Assembly: GCA_973895155.1 (NCBI GenBank)
Contig: OZ316899.1
Coordinates: 11,337,675-11,401,674, forward strand
DNA: 64,000 nt
Direction of reading: 5' to 3'
Source of the DNA: Marsupella aquatica
Taxonomy: Eukaryota > Plantae > Marchantiophyta
The notes under the pieces are model-generated. The model saw nothing but the letters and a program-made list of their open reading frames with translations. It was not told the DNA's origin and did no database searches. Below are positions 40,601 to 50,391 of this stretch, piece by piece. Each line of letters begins with the position of its first letter. The stretch's first letter is position 1. Made by a program: the position numbers and the translations under genes.

Positions 40601-41449
40601 TGAGGCACAGTGATAGTCCCAGTGGCAACCTTACTCGATCGTCCTGAACCAATGTATAATTCGACCAACTCTGACATCCAATTGGACCGTTGGTAATAAT
40701 CAGAATGAGTTTTGGTCGATTTTGTTGATGGAGAATGTGAGACAAAACTCTCCTCAATTAAAACGTCGCCATCACCTTGCTTCTTAGAGGAAGACTTTCT
40801 ACCTTCATCAACATTCCAACCTTTTTTATGAACATCGGCCAAGTCCCAGAGAACCCATGAGTCTTTTGCCTCTTCAATTGTTTCAGCCCCATTGTGTATG
40901 TAAGGTAAAGCCTTACTACCATGAATAACATCAGTGATTTTCACACTGATCCGAGACTCACCAAGTAATATGTTGTGACATCGGTCCTTTGGATTTACCT
41001 TGAAAATAACTCCAAGGGCTACACAACACCCATCAATGAGCATTTCAACCTCGTCCCCTTGCCTTAGAGTGTTTGATGCATCCTCCATAACAATTGTAGG
41101 AGATTTATCCAAGTTATTATCTGGTCGAGTTGAACAACTACCAGTACTGATGCGTTTTTGGGAATCTAGAGTTATAGAGAGATACGCGCACGAGATCTCC
41201 CAAATAACACATGAGTCAATGGCATCAAAAATATTTTCTACCCTTGGTAGTGGAAATGGTAGTTTTCGAGTTGGCTCGAAAACCTTCTCCACGAGCACAC
41301 CAATTCGATTATCCCCCAACAATATGTTGTGCACCCTATCCTGGGGGTTAATTTTCTGAACTGTCCCACAATCAACATCATATCCATCAATTGTCAAGGT
41401 CATATCATCACCTCTTGAAAACCTTCCAGTCATTCTTGGATTTAGTAAC
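37643..41449 (-). pseudogene. Sola-like (DUF7869-type) DDE transposase, ~1270 aa, one frameshift near 39140
   Basis: CCKHKCC; FAKCTLCCEYK; CIIHDKMDQAK; LTGMLTHG; LTLQMDNSAKDNKN; FLMVGHTHKDVDALFS. Three N-terminal repeats of the VAxGxV..P..HNILLG...LP...A..SxVxW type. AG acceptor at 41450-41451 suggests upstream exon(s). Confidence 0.8.
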
Positions 41450-41569
41450 CTGCACAATTTTCAGAAAAACCATCACAAATCCGAATGACAAGAATTTGAA
41501 GAGACTCACAATTATCCATACGGTCATTTGATTGCCATTCCGAGAATCCAAACATTGGCTCAACTATCA

Positions 41570-43010
41570 CGCTTGGATTGGGGTGGTCCAAATCAAAACC
41601 ATGAAGATTGTATTCCGAAGGTCAAATTTAAGCATCTCACTTGAATTGGGATCGTCCGAATCCAAACCAACCTCTATCCAACACACCCTCTTGGATTTGG
41701 ATGGTCCGAATCCAAACCCAGATGGGATCCCAAAGGTCCCAATTCAACAAACGCGCTTGGATTGGGATGGTCCGAATCCAAACCCAGATTTTATTTCAAA
41801 GGTCCCAATTTGAGCACCGGGCTTGGATTCGGATGGTCCATCCGAATCCAAAACCAGATTGTATTTCAAAGGTCCAAATCCAACCCACCATCTTGGATTC
41901 GGATGGTCCAAATCCGAACACAGATTCTATCCCGAAGGTCCCAATTCAACAAACCGGCTTGGATTGGGATGGTGCGCGAATCCAAACCCAGATTGTATTT
42001 CAAAGGTCCCAATTTAAGCATCGGACTTGGATTCGGATGGTCCAAATCCAAAACCAGACTGTATTTCAAACGCCCAAATTCAACCATCTCGCTTGGATTA
42101 GGATGGTCCGAATCCAAACCGAGATTGGATCCCAAAGGTCACAATTTAAGCATTGCACGCTTGGATTCAGATGGTCCGAATCCAACACACCCTCTTGGAT
42201 TCGGACCATCCAAATCCAAAACCAGACTGTATTTAAAACGCCCAAATTCAACCATCTCGCTTGGATTGGGATGGTCCAAATCCAAACCGAGATTGGATCC
42301 CAAAGGCCACAATTTAAGCATTGCACGCTTGGATTCGGATGGTCCGAATCCAACACACCCTCTTGGATTCGGACCATCCGAATCCAACACACCCTCTTGG
42401 ATTCGGACCATCCAAATCAAAAACCAGACTGTACTTCAAACGCCCAAATTCAACCATCTCGCTTGGATTGGGATGGTCTGAATCCAAACCGAGATTGGAT
42501 CCCAAAGGTCACAATTTAAGCATTGCACGGTTGGATTCGGATGGTCCGAATCCAACACACCTCTTGGATTCGGACCATCCGAATCCAAAACCAGACTGTA
42601 TTTAAAACGCCCAAATTCAACCATCTCGCTTGGATTGGGATGGTCCAAATCCAAACCGAGATTGGATCCCAAAGGCCACAATTTAAGCATTGCACGCTTG
42701 GATTCGGATGGTCCGAATCCAACACACCCTCTTGGATTCGGACCATCCAAATCAAAAACCAGACTGTATTTCAAACGCCCAAATTCAACCATCTCGCTTG
42801 GATTGGGATGGTCCGAATCCAAACCGAGATTGGATCCCAAAGGTCACAATTTAAGCATTGCACGGTTGGATTTGGATGGTCCGAATCCAACACACCCTCT
42901 TGGATTCGGACCATCCGAATCCAAACCAAGATTGGAATCTGATCAGATGGTCCCAATCCTAGAAATGGATTGGATTCGGATGATCCGAATCCAAACAACA
43001 ATCTAGGATT
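41570..43010. repeat. Array of the 25-bp palindrome TTGGATTCGGA-N3-TCCGAATCCAA with a ~168-bp higher-order unit
   Basis: Higher-order units start near 42051, 42219, 42421, 42588 and 42756, each with three palindromes (one has four). Degenerate copies lie on both flanks. Confidence 0.92.
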
Positions 43011-43978
43011 AGGACCATTATAATCCACACATCAAGTCTGGATTCAAATGGTCTAACTCCACAATGAAGATTATGTTGAGATGGATATATTGAGATTGAG
43101 ATCTCTTCCTAATCAAATTTAGACATTCCGGGTTTTTCGGAACATTGGGTAATTCATGAAATAATAATTGGGAAGTCACTAGAATGCAGAACAAAGTGAA
43201 AGGGTTTGTCTCTCTTCCCTAAGAACTCAAAATAAGCAAAGCGACTAAGACCATAACTCACCTCAGCAGTCTTGTTTTTCCAGTATGTCTCCAAGGTTGG
43301 CTCTGCTACCTCTAAATTGATGAATAAGTTCATATCAAACTGACTAAGAAAGCTATCAAAGCCACTTCAAGTCTAAACTCCATCAGAGAGAAGAGCTGAG
43401 GAGGAGTTGCGCAGACCTGGATGCCCAAGTGAAGATATGAAACTAAAACAACAATGATGTCCGTAGAGTACCTCTTATACTCGTGGGTTGGTATGTTCGG
43501 CCCTGAATGTGCGATCCGATAAGGTTGAGGCAACACCGAGTATCGCGGTTAGAACAATCATCCAATCCTTTTTCAATCCATTGTGTCAGACAATACAGCT
43601 AGCGTCCCACCCAAACTGATAGGACCAGATCCCTTCTTGGTCTCTATCCGTACAGAGATGATCCGTACAGAGATGATCCGTGCAGCGATCATCCGTACGC
43701 AAACAAGCCTTTCAGGAGGGGGTAAAGGGAGTACGAGGTCTTCCACAGACCTCATTGTTGTTTTGCTCTCTGTCGCTCCTCACTCTCGCTCCTCCCTCTC
43801 GCTCCTCACTCTCGCTCTAGCTCCTCATTCTCGCTCCTCGCTCTCGCTCTTGGCTGGCTGCCGCCGCTATCCCTTGCCCTTGCCCTAATTGCCTTCTTGC
43901 CCTAATCTGCTGCAACGCCCTAGATCTTGCCCATCTTGACGTGTCCTCAATATATCCTGCCACGTGTCACTCGTAAAA

Positions 43979-46900
43979 ATGGAAGTTGCCAAGAAAACCG
44001 TCATCGTCCTGCTCGCCGAAGAATCTGATGACTTGGATCTCTCCTCTGTCGGTGATCTTGTGGCCCTAGCGCTTAGGGATTCCCAAGAATTTCAATCTCA
44101 AGTCCAAAGTAAGTTTCCGGAGGTTTATTCATGCATCTTAAGTTGTTGGATTCGGATGGTCCGAATCCAAGAGCGTTGTTTGGATTCGGACCATCCGAAT
44201 CCAAGTGGGTTGTTTGGATTTGGATGGTCTGAATCTAAGAGGGTTGTTTGGATTCGGACCATCCGAATCCAAGTGGGTTGTTTGGATTTGGATGGTCCGA
44301 ATCCAAGTGGCTTGATTGGATTCAGATGGTCTGAATCCAAGAGGGTTGTTTGGATTCGGACCATCCGAATCCAAGTGGGTTGTTTGGATTCGGATGGTCC
44401 GAATCCAAGTGGCTTGATTGGATTCAAATGGTCCGAATCTAAGAGGGTTGTTTGGATTCGGACCATCCGAATCCAAGTGGGCTTCTTGTATTGGATTCGG
44501 ATGGTCCGAATCCAAGAGCCCTCAATCTCACTTTAACAGTGATTTCTTAAAACAAATTTCATGGATTTGAAGTCTAATATGAATTTTCACTCTCCAATGC
44601 AGAGAGTGATCTGGTGAATACAACTCTCGCCATTTCAGAGGCAGACTGCGACGATGGGCTCATTTTGGAGGACCGCGATCCAGGATTTCGGTGGGGACTT
44701 GAGTTCTCGCAAGTTAACTTCCGCCTGAATTCCTTTAACATTCAGGATCCAGTGTTATGTGTCAAGATCAGGACAGGCAACAACCAAACATTGGTCATCG
44801 GACCCGTGGTCTCTGTGGGAATGATAGGAAGAGGAATGAATTCTATCATTGTAGAGGTGTCGGACACGATGAGGTGGGCAAAGTTGCAGCTCCCCACAAA
44901 GGCTTTCTCGGCCGAGTTCAATGTGGAATGGTATGCAAGTGGGGAATTAAGTGTGTTGTCGATGGGATTCTTTCCAAAATCCTACACAAAGGAGAAGATT
45001 ATTGGAGGACTGAAGGGAATGCTTCCTTTGGACATTTTTTATGGGTTTCTTTATTTGAAACTCAACATTGTAAACAACCCATCAAAGTTCTCTCTTCCAT
45101 CCACATGGACTCTTAACAATTTGCTTGAGAAAGCAGGTCTGGTGTCACCAGACTCAAATGTTTGGATCGCCAAGGCACTAGCCTTTGCACACACGCTTGA
45201 CCTGGAAAAAGCAAATCTATGGGTAGAGTCTTTGGTGAAGTTGAGAAAAAGTACACAACCACAGAAAATAATTGAGTCTACGCCAGCCAAAGGAACTCCA
45301 GCAACTACGACGGAGACAGCACAAACTACTGCAGCAACAACCATGGATAGAGCGGCAGGGAAGCGAAAGCAGAGGGAGAAGAAGCTTCTGGTTGAGAAAC
45401 CTACTTCAGTTGAGAAGAAGATCACGGCTCCAGCCAAGAAGAAGAAGCTTCCAGCCGAGAAGAAGTCGAGGGAGAAGAAGAAACAAAAAACCGACACCGG
45501 AGTTGTGAATTCAACTCCTATAGATTTTTCATTACATGCTGAAGATGAGGGTGATAGGCCACATGCTCCAGAGGAGAAAGACGTCTTAGAAGGGAATGAA
45601 GTTCTTCAACAAATGGAGTAGTACTATACTTTTGGGATAAACAAATTTTTTCTGATCCCAGTTGAAAGTATTTTTTGCCGCACCAGCGAGACTATGCTAT
45701 CGGATGATGAATTTTGATCATGTGCAAGACATTGCTGATTCCATGATCAAAACACCTGGGCATGAGCCACATGTCGCTGATTTGATTCCTTTTAACGTCA
45801 AGCGAAGAAAGGTACTCCACTTTGAGAATACGGAGTCGGACCGGAAGGATTTTTTGGCCGGAGTGAAAAAGGGCAAGGTCCAATTTCTAGCCGTTAGTGG
45901 TCAGCACTCTGCGAGAGCTGCGAGATGGATTCATGATTGGGCAACGAAGGATGCCAAGCTCACCCAGTTGGCCAAGAAGTTAGAATTCAGGAAATCCAGA
46001 ATATTGTCTGATCGCACACCGTCTTCAATTCTTGTTGAGCACTCCATGAGATCGAACGCCATCAATAGCACGATGGTGTTTCAGTCTTGCTTTAAAGATA
46101 CAGTTGTCCATGCGAGGCGGCAGTTTGTTGAATGTGGAAATCCAGACAAACCAAAACATGGCGACAACAAAACAAATGCTCAAGACAACCAAAAATTTCA
46201 GGTAAGAAATGTGATTACTTTGTATGCATTTCTCTACCATAGAGAGTAATTCTATTTTGGATTCGGATGGTCTCAGTCCGACACGATTTATCAAAGAGTA
46301 TTGGAACTTTTGGAATGTTTAGTACGAGTTTTGTTTTTGATTGAGACCATCCGAACCCAAAACTATTATCGCACATTAGAATCCTTTTTTTCCAACCCTT
46401 GCGTTGGGGATAACTGTCTAGCTTTCCTTTTGGATTGTAGGATTGGTTGGCTCTGGCAAGAATGACTATGGGCAGGAAGGACTTGCAAAATGTATACTGG
46501 CTACTTTTTGCGGACAACGATCTTTTTGAGTTGTGGCGGTTAGTCTGTGAGATGTGGTTGCATGGGAAACTTCCTGATGGAGCTGGGATGGAAGGAAATA
46601 ACAAGTCCAAAAAAGCAATTACTGTTGCCATGTTTCGTCCCTTTGATGGTGAGTTGATCTCACAGAAAGACATCACAAAAATCCTGACACAAGTGAAGTC
46701 AGGAAAGGCATTGCTGAAGAAAGATGCCACAAATAAATCTGACATACCCTCAATAGAGGAGCTTGCGAAGGATGTGAAAAAAGTGAGGAAGCTCAAGTCT
46801 CTCATTGAGGAGTACTACTTTGGCAAGGATCCAAGGAATTTCCCTTTGGATACCGACTGGAAGAAAGTTGTAGAGGTTCTGCCATTGTTGAGTGTTGACG

Positions 46901-48816
46901 CAAAATTCAGTAGATGCAGAAGAGCGGCTGGTGAAGTTTTTCTGTCAAATCTGTTGAAGCCAAATCATACCAGGGAGAGTGCAATTTTGCCAATAGCTCT
47001 GGTGATGCGCCTTGATGACATTTATTGCCAGAAGTTTGGCGGAGGGACACATTCTCGGAGCCAACCGTGGGTCACGTTCTTTAGTGACAATCTAATGAAA
47101 ACAGTTGATCCACCAGCAATAGAAGAATCATCTCCAACGTGCTCACTTGCCATTGTTGACTTCAGTCGAGATCACCAGAAGCTGTGGACGGAAGCAGAAG
47201 TTTTGGTCTTTCTGCAATACATTGTGGAGCTACCACGAAATCTTACAATCGTTGTAGCCATAACTGTTCATCCGGGGCCTCTTGCAATGAATGTCCTAAG
47301 CTCACTTCGAAAATTGGGACAAGAGAAATCTCTCACCATTCACATTGAGTATGGGAGTTATTCTCGAGAGGATCAACCGCACCCGCTTGATTCGTGTTGG
47401 GGAGGCGGAATTGAAGAAGTTATATTCGCAGGAATTTCTCGAGATGAAAATGTGAATTGGAATGATGTTTTCAAACCCAATCACCCAAAGCCAAAATTCT
47501 TTTTTGGTTCAAAAGATACTGATTTTGAGGTCACCAAGATTGACACTGGGAAGGCAAAGGTTGACACAGACGACGTGTCAAAACCCGAAGATCTAAAAAT
47601 GATGCTGACCCCAGAAGAGGCGACCAAGGTTTTGCACATGGCCCCTTGATTTGAGATAGTTGGTGCTTGTGGTGGTTGGGTGAATCCACATGCCAAACCC
47701 ACGCGGATGATACAGAGGATTATTGAATCCTTGTCAGAAGCTGGAGACTTGATTCTTGATTTTTTCTCGGGTGGTCAAGTGATGAAGACAGCATTCTTGG
47801 TGCAACGCGAATGCTTTGTTTATTGTGACTCTCAAGATGAGAGACACTTTGTGGAAGCGTATGCTTCATTCCTTTGCGAGAGGGTCCCCTCAATCAAGGA
47901 AAATTGGGATCCTCGTGGTGGGAGTTCTAGGCATTGGAAACCCACTATTGCGGATGTTTCTGTCGAACATGAATCAGCTGATAATTCCGAAGAAGTGGGC
48001 GCTAAGTCAGTCAAAGATGATGGGGCATCAGAGGTGGCATATGCAAAGAATTTGGATGACCGTGTAGGTCAAAGTGAAAGCATAGAACCCTACGATGTTG
48101 ATGATAACGTTGGTCTTGCACCACGCCCTTCATCACGTGCAGATGACGTCCCTTTGGAACCCTATGAAGTTGAGGTTGATGACAACTTGGACAAGGATGG
48201 TCTCAATCCAAATGTGGTGCAACAAGAAACGGACGAAATTGGTGATCCGATTGACATTGATACATTTGAAAATCGTTTGTCAACCAATTTGGTCGCGGAC
48301 GGTGGAGACAGACAGGTCAATTCGAATGAAGCTGACACCCAAAATTTGATTCCCGGGACGGCTGTCAAAGTACGTGAGATTCCCATGACCCCAGAAGCCC
48401 GTGCATCAGCGACTGTTGACAACCAGGCAGGTGCTTCAATTTGTCCTGACACACTCTTTTCAGCTTCTGATGACAAATTGGTTTTTGTTCGTTCACACTC
48501 GGGAAGTCCAGTTGTCCTTCCTCTCTCAAAGAAAAAAGGGAATAGAGTTGGATCAACCGGATGGAGGTCACTTGAACGTGATGCACGATGTTATGTGTGG
48601 AAAAGTGGGCCAAATAGAGGCCAAGAAGTTTCATTGGATGCTGCTCCATCGATTCTTAACAGGAAGGAGTATAAGAGAGGAGAATTGGGATTGATAACTC
48701 CTGTTTGGACGTCACCTTATTGGGTAGAACAAAGTACTTCAGATGTCAATTTTGAAATCCAAGAGGAGCTGGGTGTTGACATTATTGATGAATACGGATC
48801 TCTTTTTTCAGACTGA
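43979..48816 (+). pseudogene. Spliced cargo gene (~1370 aa): Lys-rich region, ParB/Srx-like domain, beta-class N4C/N6A DNA methyltransferase-like domain, acidic tail
   Basis: Exons 43979-44108, 44603-46201 and 46441-48816, with GTAAG...AG introns that keep frame. ParB-like: HVQDIADSM...FLAVSGQHSARAA. MTase-like: NPHAKPTRMIQRIIESLSEAGDLILDFFSGG. Lesions: TAG at 45619, frameshift near 45672, TGA at 47647. Confidence 0.68.
44147..44515. repeat. Second array of the same 25-bp palindrome: 11 copies, ~34-bp period, inside cargo intron 1
   Basis: Copies near 44147, 44180, 44214, 44248, 44282, 44316, 44350, 44384, 44418, 44452 and 44491, mostly with 9-bp spacers. Confidence 0.92.
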
Positions 48817-48877
48817 GATCAAACCGTCTGACTTTCCATTTTTTCATACCAATCTAAAATACTTCTCGGTCTCACAG

Positions 48878-50087
48878 AATGCGGTCAGCAATTAGAGCCT
48901 CGATATCCACCTACGCTCTTTGGGGCTTCTAAAAATGGTATGTAGGTTTTCTTTGTTGTTAGTCCTTGTCTTTTATTTTTGGACTGAGACAATCTCAGTC
49001 CAAAGTTCAAATTTGGTTTTCTTTCTAAGAGTTGTATTTGTTGCACTTGCAGAATCGAGACCTTGTCCCATCAAGCGGAAGTTGCTGATTTTGGATCTTA
49101 ACAAAATACTTTGGGATTCACTTGAATTCCAAAGCAAGGGCAAATCCAGAAACATTGTGACCCCAAATGGAGTGCATTGGGATAGATCAAATGGAACTAG
49201 TCGCATGTATACACAGAGGCCAGGGTTCCATGAGTTTCTAAAGTTGGTTTTTGACCGGTTTGACGTTGCAATTTGGACATGTGCTGGGATGCCACGGACA
49301 GTGAAAATGTTGAACATGATGTTCACTGTTGAGGAGCGGTTGAAACTGAAGTTTGTATTCACACAGGTGGAAGCCTTTGACACAGGCATTCAAAGGCGTG
49401 ACATTACAAATGGAAAGGCAAATGTGCTATTGAAGGATTTTCGGGTGGTATGGAGTGCATTTGGAAATCTATATGATGAAACCAACACACTCCTTGTGGA
49501 TGACTCCCCCTTGAAGGCATTTGCCAACCCAGACATGACCGGACTATTTCCAGTGCCCTACACGCATGCCAATTGTGGAGACAATTTTCTTCTAACAATT
49601 CTTTGGCCATGTCTTGAGAAACTGTCACATGCAAGTGACATTCGTTGTTATCTTCTCCTAAACTCTCCAATGGTCTCTATTGCACATTAAGAGAGACAAG
49701 GCAAAAAATGAGATTACTTATGATCAACTTAGTAAGAGATGTGCAGCAAAAATTTGGAAGTCACAGTATAGGCATAGTGTGCTGGACCTCAATAGCAATG
49801 AGATTCCTTGGGCTGTGAAGCACCGTATATGTAGCTTACGTCCTGAGGTGGAACTTGACGATGCACTTGTCACCTCACTTGCTAGATCATTTGTAGGACG
49901 GGAATATTCAGGTCTGTATAGAGAAAATCCCAGACACTTTTTGCAGGAGATTATAGCAGTTAGGAACAACACCACCAAATTTCATCTCCCTGAAGATAAA
50001 GGGAGTTGCAACTGTGACATTAGGGTAGATAGTAAAGGAGACAAGGGCACGTGCTCAAATAAATATTGTAAGGAGCACTTTGTTTAG
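48878..50087 (+). pseudogene. FCP1-homology / NIF-family HAD phosphatase-like cargo, frameshift near 49668
   Basis: KLLILDLNKIL (motif I variant), RPGFHEFL, FDVAIWTCA, KDF, NTLLVDDSP.K...NP. Exon 48878-48937 splices in frame to 49053. C-terminal CNC..C..YC. Confidence 0.8.
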
Positions 50088-50333
50088 AGATCTGACTCAT
50101 GTTAAGCCCATTAGATAGTAAAAATGGGTGCCAGCCCTGGATATTCATTGTAAGTTTGGACACAATTGTATATAATTATTTCACACATTATCAATCAATG
50201 GTCCTTGCCTAGGCTTCTTTGTGCGTAAATGTTTTTACAAGTATGATCTCTATCCCATGGTTCTTTGTGAACTAATAAGTAATATAATACTATTATAATA
50301 AATATAATATAATACTAATAAGATTTGGCCTAT

Positions 50334-50391
50334 AAAGTGTACATTTGGGCTTCTTAAAGTGTACATTTGGGGACATAAAAGTGTACATTTT
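50334..50391. repeat. Right subterminal repeats, 3 copies of AAAGTGTACATTT
   Basis: Same motif and ~22-bp spacing as at the left end. Confidence 0.85.

Noticed and set aside
41641-43028. Many overlapping ORFs (WIRMVRIQ / LDSDGPNP / GFGWSESK repeats)
   Set aside because: Translation artefacts of the palindrome array, open in several frames on both strands.
41570-44515. CRISPR-like appearance of the palindromic repeat arrays
   Set aside because: Spacers are short or themselves repeated, there are no cas genes, and the context is eukaryotic and intronic.
45618-45661. Mini-intron explaining the stop in the cargo gene
   Set aside because: Splicing would create an immediate stop. A point mutation plus a 1-nt slip in a T run is simpler.
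47107-47118. DPPA as proof of an active methyltransferase catalytic motif
   Set aside because: It lacks the aromatic residue and sits before the predicted strand. The positionally expected motif reads DFSR, so activity is not claimed.
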